Source of the DNA: Styela clava
Taxonomy: Eukaryota
Length of the DNA stretch: 64,000 nt
Assembly: GCF_964204865.1 (NCBI RefSeq)
Contig: NC_135262.1
Coordinates: 9,858,001 to 9,922,000 of the forward strand
Reading direction: 5' to 3'
The position numbers and the translations under genes are program-made. The notes beneath the pieces are model-generated. The model saw only the letters and a list, made by a program, of their open reading frames with translations. It was not told the origin of the DNA and made no database searches. Shown in pieces: positions 22,652 to 35,054 of the stretch. How positions within the stretch are numbered: the first letter of the stretch is position 1; each line of letters opens with the position of its first letter.

Positions 22652-25600
22652 ATGGCAGAAGGTGAGTACATGTACTGGTGAACAATTTTGTGATTGTATT
22701 TCACTATACTGCTGTACTGGCTATGCTGTGTTCTTCTTTCGATGAGTGTTTTCATATCCTAAATCGATTAAAAGTTATTGCCCGATTTTGTATCCACTAT
22801 CTGACTATCGCGTGTGTTAACGTTGTTTTCATTGCGCACGCACCATACTTTAATCACTGTCAGACTGTGGTAATATTGTCCTAAGTTATGCTAGTCTTTC
22901 AGGTGTCATTTTGCTTGTCTGTTTTTTTTTTTTATGCCAGAGCGACCAAAATAAATTTGTTTTATTGATTGAAATACATAAGTTGTATGTTACATAAAAA
23001 ATATGGTTGGTATGGAAGCCCTGCCCAACTATAAACAAATGATTAGTTCGTTATAATTTTCTTTTACCACCTACATTTTCAGCCTCATCAGTCAAAAATG
23101 GGTCGGTTTTAAAGGATATTCGAATGGATGGCAAAACTGTTTTAATAACTGGAGCCAACACTGGAATCGGATATGAGACTGCTAAAGATCTTTCATCTCG
23201 TGGTGCAAAGGTTATCATGGCGGGAAGAGACGCAGGAAAAGTAGAAAAGGCAATGAAAGAGGTAAAAATATACGTTTTATATAGCTCAGTTGTTTGTATT
23301 ATAATCTTATATATGAATATCAAAATATTATAAGATTCTAAATTGATACCGATGTACTGAGCATGGTGACCTTTTTAGTGAAGTTGGTTTTTGATACTTA
23401 CAAACTATCGTTATATTGAATTTGCAAACTTTTATGGTACCACAAGGGTAGCATTGTTTGGCAAGCTACTACTTAAGCCTAAATTTAAGCCTATTTCTCG
23501 ATTCCAATTTTTTTAACCCTAATTCGAAAACATGAGTTGAAACTTTTAATATGAGTTTTCGTTTTTAGATAAAATCTTGTGATCCTAAAGCCAACCTTGT
23601 TGGTGTAGAACTGGATCTAGCATCCATGGAGTCGATTCGAAAATGTGCAGATAAAATAATGGAAACTGAGGCAAAGCTAGATGTACTAATAAATAATGCG
23701 GGTAATATATACAATTAAATGTTTATCATAATTTTGTTTCGATGACTGAAACAATGCTCAATTAGAAGAAGTTTTTGTTAATTTGGTTTAATGATATTCA
23801 AAATCTGCTCAAAACATTGGTGGAATACAATATTCTGCAACCCATAACCCAAATATGAGATTTTTTTAATTTTTTTAAAGCAAGTTTTTCAATTTGCTTC
23901 TCTGGCAACGTAGCCTTTTTTAGAAAGTGGCCAATTTTTACCTTTTTAAGTTTACTTATTTAAAATGACCTGGGTGCTTGATAGAACAGCTCAATTAAAT
24001 CATGATGGTAGGTGATTTTGCTTTATGACCATTCATAAATGTTCGAATAAATACTTCATTCTGAAATACCCATTTTTTGGTGCTGATGATATTGGTTGAA
24101 GTACCAATTTGAAACTGTCCTATATCTTTTAACATGCGTTGTGTGTTTTCAATAGGCATAATGAGCTGTCCTCAATGGAAAACTAAAGATGGTTTTGAGA
24201 TGCAGCTAGGAGTAAATCATATTGGCCATTTCTTATTCACCAATCTGTTGTTGGATCTTATAAAGGTGAAAAATGGTATATTAATAGCCATATTCTTAGT
24301 TTGAAAAAAATAATAAATTACAAATTGCATCAGCTTTGTAAGAAACTGTGATTTTGCTCATTTCAACATGTATAATGATCTTACTGTTTCAATCCGCATT
24401 CATTATAAATTAAAACTTAATATCAACAATATGTAATCTGCAAATAAATCTGTCATTGAGTGACCGTAATTTAGTAGCAACAGAAGAAATTGCATATGTG
24501 ATGCAACTATTTACATTCTTTATACCTCTGTCAAAGAAGAATATTATTGATATATATTCACTCACAAAATTACATGACTAATATAATTAAAGTAAAGATT
24601 GTCAGAAACAATTATTCTCATTCTCATATTTTGACAGAGAAGTTCTCCAAGTCGAATTGTCATCTTGTCATCCAGTGGACATACCAGAGGTCGTATGAAT
24701 TGGGACGATATCATGTCTGAAAAGAAATATAATCCTTTTGTAGTATATTGTCAAAGCAAACTTGCAAATATTCTTTTTGCAAGAGAATTGAGTCGTAAAC
24801 TTGAAGGTAATAATAATATCAATAATATGTATTTTCCTTGGCCTACGAGCTACCATTAATTTAATATATATTTTCAAAAAATTGTGAGAAATCTATGAAA
24901 CTCGTTCATTCCGAATAAGGCCGTATCCTACAAGCAGCCACTGACATCTCACAATATGTAGGAAGTTACTTTTATTTGAAGAGACTGTTTCTATTATGGC
25001 ATTGCCTTCCCAATTTTATTACACCCTGGCGTGGGATTTGAATCTGTAATCTGCGATGACAGCCCAGTTGGGTCTCACGCATCAATCGTTAGGCCATCTC
25101 ACCACATTTATTCATACTCTTTTGAACAGGTACTGGCGTTACTTGCAACAGCGTACATCCTGGTTTAGTGAAAACTGAGCTTGGTCGCCATTTCATGAAC
25201 AAAGAAGGAACTTGGAATACGATAAAATACTATCTTGTTTTTCCATTTGTAAAGATGATTTTCAAAACTCCTGAACAAGGTGCCCAAACCAGTATTTACT
25301 GCGCTGTTGCTCCAGAGCTCAATCAAGTGTCAGGAAAATACTTTGCGTGAGTACTGTTTTTGATTTTAGACCTACTTGGTGAATTTATTAATGTAAGCCT
25401 ATGCCTCAGTTTGCATCCAGTTGATTTCATAACATGATTTTATCAAAAGATGATGGTGGTCCATAGCAAATTGGGTAGCATAAATTTTGGAACAATTAAT
25501 ATTCCCATTTGCTTGAAAATTCTTTAATACTTAACTTGACTTGGATACTTGCAGAAAAACTTGAATCGAAATGCAATACGTTTTTGCGAACTACTAGTCT

Positions 25601-27111
25601 ACAGGATGTAACTGTATTACATAGTGAAGAGTTGCGGTTACTTTATTGCAATTACTTGGATTAATTTTGTAGATATGGCTTTTTCTTCTCTATAACCACA
25701 TCTTTGAAATTCAATTTTCATGCGAGTTAGTTTGATTTTTGACACTCAACAGTGTCATATTATTCTCTGTCCCTCAACTGATTCCAAACATTTTTAGGAA
25801 GGTTTTTTGGTGCTCCTGTAGTATGTGTAACCTAATACATAGTGTTCAGACTGTGCGCAATCTTGGTACACATACTACGGGAGCACCATTTTTTTAACAT
25901 ACAGGTACATATTAATTATTAATCTCCTATGAATAGGAAATATTTTTGCTCAAACACAATAAAAATGGTATGTAAACATATTCAACAATCAGGCATATTT
26001 GCTCTGGTGCCATTATTAGGTCATAACTTTCCACAATTATTCATTTATATCAGGCTACACTGTGAATATTGTTCATAAAATGTAACTTTTTACATCACAC
26101 TTACATGGCCCGACAGTCTAGACCAGGGGTCACCAAACTGTTTTGACCGCGAGCCAGGTATGTCTCAAGCTTTGTTGAAACGGGCCGGACAATACAATAC
26201 AATAAATTCCCAAAAGTTGGGAAATCCATTCACATTATTTAACAATATAAATTCTACATTTCTGAAGATTTGAATATTAAATTCTATCTATTCCGCAGAA
26301 TATAGATCAAGAACATCGTAGCAAAACAAATATATAAGAGTTGTAGATCTATACAACAATCCTAGGATTAGCCGTTAGCAAAACATTGCTGTCAACAGTG
26401 TCAAGAATATCCTCATTTAAGCGGCACAAAAGTTAGTTTGACTTGTGAAATTGGAGCAGTACGCGAGGGATTACAGTAGGCTACTATTAACGCAAATGCA
26501 CCTCCGATGTACACAGCAACAGTTCACGGAAAGCACGTGTCACAATGCATCTTTCGCAGAAAACATTGCGTACCGGTAGAGAATTTTAGCCTATATTATC
26601 ACAGCTATTTCTAGACTAATTTTTGATTACTACTATTAAACAACTCCTAAGAAGGCAAAATGATGATTGACTTATTTGATTCATACATAACTTTCCGAAA
26701 CACAACCAAAAACTAAGGAAGAGCATTCCACATCGCAAAAACCAGGCATTGTTTACTACCAGACTGAAAGTCTGTCTGAGTGAGTGTCTGAGCCGGATGC
26801 AAGAAGGCATATTATTACATCACTTTTTCTCATCTTGCTGATTGGGCAATGTTACGAAATAAACAAAGGACGCCACGGGCCAGCCCGCGGGGTGTAGTTT
26901 GGTGACCCCTGGTCTAGACTGGCGGAATTTTTGGCCCCTGGTCCAAAAACCTTACCCACCCTTGGTATAGATTTTTTAACATTGTGCTATATGTAGAAAA
27001 TGTTTTTGTAGAGATTGCAAAATTGAGGAGGAGGCACCGGCAGCCAAAAACGATGAAGATGCAAAACGACTATGGGAGTTGTCACTAGAGTGGACAGGCC
27101 TAACAAAGTAA
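22652..27111 (+). CDS. Retinol dehydrogenase 11/12/13-like short-chain dehydrogenase/reductase, 7 exons, about 305 aa
   Basis: Exons 22652-22661 (least certain), 23083-23261, 23569-23701, 24156-24265, 24638-24806, 25130-25346, 27012-27111; in frame (918 nt). Motifs [32 protein letters not shown], catalytic [23 protein letters not shown]. Confidence 0.92.
24920..25105 (-). mobile_element. Second tRNA-derived SINE-like repeat (related fragment at about 15310-15400)
   Basis: Minus strand A-box-like GATGGCCTAACG and B-box-like GATTCAAATCCC; shared ctacaagcagcca...caatat...agga block with 15315. Confidence 0.5.
25809..25887. mobile_element. Short MITE family A copy
   Basis: ggtgctcctgtagtatgtgta / tacacatactacgggagcacc TIR. 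Confidence 0.75.
26124..26911. mobile_element. Non-autonomous hAT (Charlie-like) element inserted in an older hAT MITE end
   Basis: TIR caggggtcaccaaact / agtttggtgacccctg; perfect TSD GTCTAGAC. Confidence 0.88.
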
Positions 27112-27179
27112 ATAAGTTCGTCACATAATGCACTTGACTAAGTGATTCTGTAATCTTATTGTTATGCAATGATAGTAGT

Positions 27180-29192
27180 TAGGGCTGGGCAAAATATTCG
27201 AATAATGAATATCGAATCAATATCAAAATATTCGAATGGCATTTTACTATTCGAATACCCGGTACCACGTGACCTGCGCCGCTTTGCTTCAACACGGAAT
27301 TCGCGCGTCGCCAAATCAATCGTGAATTGCGCGAGAATTCACAAACGGCGCTCGCTAACATACAAAAGCGACAAATTTTCTTTGCGTTATGATGTTATTT
27401 GTTTGTTATTTGTTTTCTTTTCACGCCTAACGTATCGTTTCATTTCCTTATTTTGCAAAATAGGTCCCCACCGTTGCTTTAATATAAGAACGTTCTGTAA
27501 ATTATAAAGGTATGACGATGTATTTGAAAAATCGGAAATTCTCATTGCCGTCTGTAACAGTCACCGCGATTACGCGCTCGTTAAAGAGACGATTTTTCAG
27601 CGTATAATGATTTTTCTGTTGCGTAAAATGATCAATCCATGACAACTACGGGATTCCAAAATGTCTTTATATATTAATTTAATTATGTCAAACGTAACTC
27701 GCGGTTGCTTCTTCTTAAGTCAAAATTAAAACATTACTTCCCTGAAATGCCACGGCGATCTGTGGACATAAAAGTATGAGATAAACTGCCGGGTGTATTC
27801 AATTTTAATAGGTATTTTTGGAATCTTGCGAACTCGTTATCGCCGTTAGAAAAATCTCAACTGATATAAAATCCCGTAGAGTACAATTTCATTTCGTACA
27901 ATATAAAGTATATCGTTTAATCAAAAATACATATTCATCGTCGCGATAAATAATGAGTTTTCTGTTGGGCTAAGTAATCAATTTGTGACCGATAAGGGCA
28001 TATTTAAAATGTCTTGCTTTATTATTGTCTTCAATTTAACCAGCGGTTTAGTCGCCAAAATGAAATGTTCACAATTTTAAAATATCACGGCAATCTGCGG
28101 ACCCAAAGTGTGGTAAACTGCTTGAATATATAAAGCTTTGATTTCCTTATTTTCAGGACTTGTAACATCAAAAAATCCATAAATCTGATGTAATATCTCA
28201 GGTTAAAATTTAGTTTAGCACAATAAAAATTGATTGAATATACATTAGACTGATTATCTTATATATATCATCACAACCCGGGGAAAATTGTCCCGTTTCA
28301 AACCTTGTATAATGTTGAAAAGAAAATTTTCGACGGCAATTTAAAGTAATGGATAATATGGCCAATCCCGCCCACAATTAACAGTGCTTCGATTTTAGTA
28401 ACGATATGTTTTCTGAACGCTGACCAAACATAATGTGTGCGAGAGGCACACGAAATTTTGCGATTTTCAATGTATAAAAAGGCGTTTTTAAACTGTCGCA
28501 GGCCTCAATAAAACTCATAGTGTTTAAAGTTTTATTTTCAGTATTTTATATTGCCGCTTTTCAATCAAAAAATTTGCGTTGTCCTCAGAAACTCACCGCC
28601 GATGAACGTATATTAATTAAACTATCGCCGGATTCGCAATTCCGTGTGTGTACAAAAATAAAATAATTTTCATCGTTAACGTCGTACAACGTTGTGGAAA
28701 ATTTTTGATTTAGAGAAAATAAAACCAACATAAAGTTGTTTACAGCCTAAATACCACGCCACGCTGATAATAACAATCGGCGATTATAGCAAAATGCTAT
28801 TACACGCGTTATTGTCGACTTTTACAGTTTTAAATAAATTTCAACGGCAACGCACGGGTGTACCTAATATATGAAACTTCGATGTCCGCCGACCCACAAG
28901 AATTAATACTTTCAAAAAAATGAATCAGGCGGGAATACAGATTACGAACTTTAGGATCGCGGCGACAAGAACAATTAGCGATTTTGATGAATTTAACCAG
29001 TAAATAAAAAACGCTTTGTTGCCGACTTTCAAAGTTTCTTCTAATTTTCGAAGGGAGTATCGACCTCCGACGGACCCCCGTTGTATTTAAAAAAATATTC
29101 GTTATTCGACTATTCGTAAAAAAATATCGGTATTCGTAAAAAATATTCGAACTATTCGATTCGAAAAAAATATTCGATTTTGCCCACCCCTA
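27180..29192. mobile_element. 2.0-kb non-autonomous hAT element (TAGGG termini) inserted 68 bp after the RDH stop codon
   Basis: tagggctgggcaaaat / attttgcccaccccta; perfect 8-bp TSD ATAGTAGT; arrays of TATTCG subterminal motifs at both ends. Confidence 0.88.
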
Positions 29193-29832
29193 ATAGTAGT
29201 AATGGAGTGAATCTCATTATTATTTTGACTCAGTACCAACAGAATATTGTATGAATTTTATTTATAGAGTGAAAAACCATTATACCTCAATTATCTCGTC
29301 AAACGTTATATAATAAGTTTACTAACGAGTAGCATTCCAAATCGTCTACACTACGCATCCACCTAATTATAGCATTAGTTGTCAACTAGTTCCATGTATT
29401 TTTTATTGCATTTAATAAACATGATATATTGTACATCCTACATTGCATCTAATGTTATTATAATATTAAATCGTAAATCAATATTGTTTTTAGTTCCTCA
29501 TATATACTTGATTTAACACATTGGACGTTCAATACATAATATATTATATTTCATTTTCTAATTTTCATAATGCCCAGTCACACATTTTACATTAATCTCT
29601 TTTTAATGCTAATAAATTTTTCAACTCAAGCTTCTTGGATGTTTTGTTATTTCATGGTTTCCAAACTGTTGTAAACAGATCGTAATGACTGAGTGTTGTT
29701 TATTTATCAAAATGACCCAACTTGGATGCGATATGAAACTGGTAGAGGATTTTTAGTGAAATAAGGAAGAAGTACAATGAGCATTCACCCCCATGCGTGT
29801 CTGTCTATTTTTCAGTCGCTCGGCGAGTGTTT

Positions 29833-30185
29833 GGATAGGATTTACATATTTATCCCGAGCAGAGGAAAGCCGATAAGACGGCTTAACCATATGGCGAACC
29901 ACGGCCTCTCGCCCATTTACCATTTCATGTCGGCTATGGGATTAGTCAGTTATTTGCTTTTAGGAAGCATGAATTTGATGGTAGAGGAAACCGTAACTGA
30001 CCAGCGGTTACGTGAACCACCCTACGGCAGCGAGGAGTCCAGCAATCCTCTCGCGCATAACTATCTCCACATGGGATTCGATCCTGCGAACCCACGCAGA
30101 GTAATCAGAGGTGCGGTGGCGTGCGTGTTGAGTTGAAGAATTCATTAGCACTAATGCTTAGCACGATGAGCCACACCGCCGCGCC
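29833..30185 (-). mobile_element. Full-length SINE family A
   Basis: tRNA-like head with A and B boxes, core GGTGGTTCACG...CGGTTTCCTCTACCA, tail gataaatatgtaaatcctatcc. Confidence 0.85.
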
Positions 30186-30523
30186 AAACTTGCAATTTTT
30201 TGTTCATTAGTAACATTTGAATATAAGTTTCAGCTTCATTCTCTTTACACTTGTATACTATCGTCCATACAGATTATAGCACCACAACACGCCGCTGATT
30301 ATTGAGTCAAAATAAACTTATACTGACTTCAAATGCCATTTTGTCATATGATTAAGTCGTCTTATTGCCTTTTCTCTCCTCAGGATAAATATGTACCGTA
30401 AATCCTATCAAATTTTTTATTTAGCGATGGACATCAAAGCCTGTATATACCGGGATAGTCGCTCCGACCTTCGTCGGGTGCGGCCGTGTCAGCTGGAAAA
30501 GACCAAAGGGACTTTATATTTAT

Positions 30524-31338
30524 TAGGGATGGGACGAGTCCGGCATTACAGAGATTCGACGAATCCGAGTAGTGGCTGTGAAGTGGATTTTCAGCCCATC
30601 ATCTTGCGTCGATTCTGGGCGGCTATTTAGAAATTCTTACATGTCAATGTGAATAATAAAAAGCTTTTGATTACAATGCTCCCATGCATCCCAATGCTTC
30701 CCATAATTCTATATATTTCTAGCCAAATTTACTATGTCGCGTACGCGAATGGTAGAGAGATGCCACTTGTCGTCAATACAATGCTTGCAATTAGTAGTTC
30801 ATGTAAACGTTATAAAACGCTCCATGCCTTCCATTGCTCCCTTTTTAGAGAAAGGATTGCACGTAATAAACTCGATTTAAAAGAGGTACGTATTGAACTA
30901 TTGATGAGATGATTCCCCCTTGGGTTGATCCTGCGCATGTTTCATATTTATTTACGCGAATCGAATACATATTTTATTGTGTACCACATGTATACCGAAA
31001 AGGATAGATAGTTTGAAGGCGACTGTCGCATCATTGTTATAAGCGATCTATAGTTTTTAACATGCGGTATATTATCTGGATGTCTGTCTTCGTTTTTATT
31101 AGGAGTGTTTATAATACACACGAGTGATATTGTTACATATCTAACCTTGAATTTCACCTAGTTGAGGTATGTAGTTAGATTTATAGGGGTAAAAGTAAAA
31201 ACATAGGCGTATATTAGTAAAACAGAAATGATTATAGACTCGGTGAAAACGACGTGGACTCGAAATCGAATCCGAGTCCAAAAAATGCCTCGATTCGACT
31301 CGAATCCGAGTCCGGATCTGAATCCCGGCACATCCCTA
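30524..31338. mobile_element. Non-autonomous hAT element with TAGGGATG termini
   Basis: tagggatgggac / gcacatcccta; perfect TSD ATATTTAT; subterminal GAATCCGAGTCC repeats. Confidence 0.85.
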
Positions 31339-31426
31339 ATATTTATAGTCACTTTGGAAAAGACTAGTGAATGCTACGCGTTGTATGTTCCGGTATCTGT
31401 CTGTAATCTGTATGTGTAATATCAAC

Positions 31427-31668
31427 ATGAGCAAACCCCATCCACTGGAATTAAAGAAGTTTATGGATGACAGATTGGATTGAAAGTTAAATGGTGGACG
31501 ATCTGTTGCGGGTATATTGCGAGGTTTCGATCCTTCTATGAATCTACACGTGGATGATAGAACAGAGCGTAGAAAAGATGGGACCATTGCACCTGTTGGA
31601 ATGGACGAATGGTGGTCGTTCGTGGAAATTCGATATTGATGTTGGAAGCATTGGAACGGATACAATGA
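31427..31668 (+). pseudogene. SNRPG: Intronless disabled copy of small nuclear ribonucleoprotein G (SmG)
   Basis: [43 protein letters not shown]...GM[8-nt insertion]VVVRGNSILMLEALERIQ*. Aligns end to end with SmG; in-frame TGA at codon 19 and a frameshift. Confidence 0.9.
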
Positions 31669-31875
31669 TTTCAAACTGGACTAACCGAAAACGACAAAAG
31701 AACCCAACACCCCAATCCATGATTTGTGCATAGACTGCTATGGAACATTCAATCCATTTACCAAGCTTGTTTTATAGTAAAAAAATATTTGTCACTGTAT
31801 TACTTTTGCAACGTAATTGGACTAGGCCTACAGCATCACCATTTTTCGGCAGCGAGTGTTCTTTAATCCATATAT

Positions 31876-34827
31876 TAGGCCGCGAGCCGAGGCCCTGAAA
31901 AACGCCTAGAAAGTGAGTTTCGTAGCGCACATCAGGTAACTAACTACCTGAAAATGATTTTAAAATGTTCCTTAAAAATTTAGTAACGAATATTGCCTTG
32001 TTCCCTTTTCCAAAAGTTGCACGTTTCACGGAAAAGACGCTTTTACTACAAGAAATATGTGCTACGATCTGTCCTATATTCTCTACATTTTCGGCAATGA
32101 ACAATAACTTCTGCATAACGTAACAATTGAATCGAATCAGCTGTTAGCGAGCGGATGAATATCAGTTATTACTGCTCGACCTTGCGTTGAGTTGGGCAGC
32201 CTTTCCATAGCACTGTTTAGTTATTATTAGTTAAGTTATGCTAAGACATTGTTGAAAAATGTACAAGTGAGTTATTAAACACTTGTAGATTCTTACCACG
32301 GATATGAACCGCGAGACGAAGCCTTGAAAACGCCCAGAAAATGAGTTTCGTAGCGCACATCTGGTAACTAAATAAATTCTTCAGTCCTGTGTGAAAATGA
32401 ACATACTGAAAGCATTATAGCTTGTTGCACAATCCTGATGCGAAATTGAATATAAGAGGTTCCCGGAAATTCAATAACCATCAGTTTACAATACATACAT
32501 AAGAACTATGTAATTCGACAGCCCTACAGCACACTAACACAGATGTATTCCTGTAATGTTTTGCCTGACCAAAATCGGACTTCCTCAGTCAATCATAACT
32601 TATTAGGTAGATTACGAAAAATATGGCATACATGTAATCGACAACAAAAAATACTTTAATTGTGTGACGGGGGTCGCGAGTGACCTCGAAAGCAGCGACA
32701 CCAACAACGTTGATTCACATTAGCGAATAAATTTTATGTAATAACCACAAGCAGTTTACAACAAGAACAGCATAAAAAGCTACATCCATTTTATAGAAGC
32801 TATCAAACGTATTTATTTTAAGCAATGAAGTCAAAAATTAACATCGTGAGCACGAAAACACAAATAAATCAGTTATTTCTCACTTAAAAATTTACCGGAA
32901 AAGTCAAGAAAATTAAATGAATGTACAATATGTACATAACATAGTGAACAGAAATATTTCGATTGGTCTTTTTTAGTTTAAGTGGTTATGTATTTGAACA
33001 AAGGCAATATTATTTCTAGAAACAGGACTACGACACTAACGAATGTCCGAAAAAAAACAAATAAATGATACTTATTAAATCAACTGCAACATCTAATTCA
33101 CTTTCTTCTGAATTGTTTTCGAAATCCACTATCTCGAAAATCGACTTTTCTTCTATAAGTGTACTGTGATTTTTGCAGTCAATACAAAAACAAAAATCTG
33201 TGCAATTTAAGTTGATTTTGGCACACTTGCATAAATTATTTTGATCATTTTTCTTACACTTGCAGTTTGCCAAATCAAGAACTGATTTGAGGGCCACATG
33301 CTTCTTCAGTGAATCATTGTTGGGTGGGAAGAGTATAATTCTTATGTTTGCCATTGTTAAATAGACGTGCCCTGGTATCATTTACATTCTTCATATCCTC
33401 TTCATACAGTGAACAAACAAATTCCTCAGCTTTATTTATTAACGCCTCGTTATCCTCAAAAGATCTTCATACTTGAGAAAAAAATGAATTGAAAACCTCA
33501 ATGAAGTCTCCAACAAGAGTTTGATGGGCAGTTCCAATTGCAGAAAAGTGCTATAGTATTTCAATATGAATAGGCCATCTAAGCTGTTTGCAACTATTAT
33601 GATTCTCATATACCTTTACGCTTCAAGACTTCTTGTTTAATCCATTTTATAGCACTGATGGCAGCAAGGATTAGAGCCTGCGTTAGGTCGGATTGGTGGA
33701 ACATTGCCGTTTTCTTTTTTTTTGTGGTACGGCATCTAAAATGAGGAAGAAAATCATATTTGGAACAGCATGAGTGTAAAAATACCACTAAATACTAACT
33801 AATACCTTGAATACATAATGCATTTTATCTGATGTACTCAATGAGCGTATATATGCTCATTGCATGTACTACAGTCCAGCAGTGTTTGCATACCATTACT
33901 ATGCATACTATAAATTTTGATATATCACAGTCTGAAATGCTCTATGACAGTATGAGTATGGACCACAGACTATATTTTAAAACATCAACTGTCTGTCTAC
34001 AATACAATACAATTGATTTCTCACCTCTCAATCGTTTCCAGTGCTACTTTCTTCCCACTCCTGCATAACTTATCATTGCTTCCCAGGTTCTTGTCGACTC
34101 TATGACTTCAGATTTAGACCAACCGACATTGGTAAAATTGATTATTTCTTCTCTTTCACACAAACGTGCATTACAGAAACAGCCATTAATTTATATTTCC
34201 AAATATGCTGTGGCCTATATAGTAGTATAAGTCTGCTGAATAGTCAAGAAGAGTCATTAAATTAATCACAAACATTTCATGCAAGCCAGAAAATATCGTT
34301 GTTTGTGACATATTATTTTAGGTCTAGCCTTCCTTGGAGTTACCGCACCGTACCTATTTAACAACGTCTTAGGAGCTAGTGCTCAACTAAAATTGCTATT
34401 TATGGTAAGGATATACAAGTGTTTAATATCTTAATTATACTTTTCAACACGTCCTTAGAATAACTGAACTAATAATAACTGAAAAACCTATGGAAAACTA
34501 CTCAACGCAAAAGCGAGCAGTAGTAGTACATCTGATATTCATCCGACCACTGGGGATCCACCTACAGCTGACTAATTTGATTGTTACGTCATGCAGAAGT
34601 CTGCGTTCATTGGCCCATGATACCGGAAAAGCAGAGAAAATAGGACAAATGGTAACACATATTCATTGTAGTAAAAGCGTCTTTTCTGTAAAACGTGCAA
34701 TTTTTGAAAGTGGGAACGAGGCAATATTTGTTACTAAATTTCTACGGAACATTTTAAAATAATTTTCAGGTAGTTACCTTATGTGCGCTACGAAACTGAA
34801 AGATAAATGGCCTCGGCTCGCGGCCTA
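31876..34827 (-). mobile_element. AcademX-type DNA transposon, internally deleted
   Basis: About 420-bp imperfect TIRs starting TAGGCCGCGAGCCGAGGCC and ending GGCCTCGGCTCGCGGCCTA; 3-bp TSD TAT. Minus-strand relic AEE.VCSLY...VNDTRARLF...LPP..DSLKKH followed by a Cys8 finger (CKC..CKC..C..CFC..C, ORF 33028-33381). Confidence 0.8.
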
Positions 34828-35054
34828 TATCTGTAGGAAAAGCACATACACGTCTCGCATTTTAATTTTTGAATTTATAAGCTATTGCCCGATGTCACAT
34901 CGTGTTTTTGTTATTTTATTGTGTTTTGAATATTTTTGGGGGACTGGCACGTACTTGCACGTATTTAACTTTATTATTAAGTTATGCCCGTCCTCCAGGT
35001 CCTCTGTATTTTGTTTACCCTTTGTTGTTGTTTTGTTTTTTGTTTGTATCAGAG

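Noticed and set aside
31479-31486. In-frame TGA in the SmG copy as possible selenocysteine or readthrough
   Set aside because: It replaces a Leu rather than a Cys, and the copy also has a frameshift and other damaging substitutions.
33028-33381. Stand-alone tesmin/CXC-domain host gene
   Set aside because: It lies inside TIR/TSD-bounded DNA and is the frameshifted C-terminus of an Academ-type protein.
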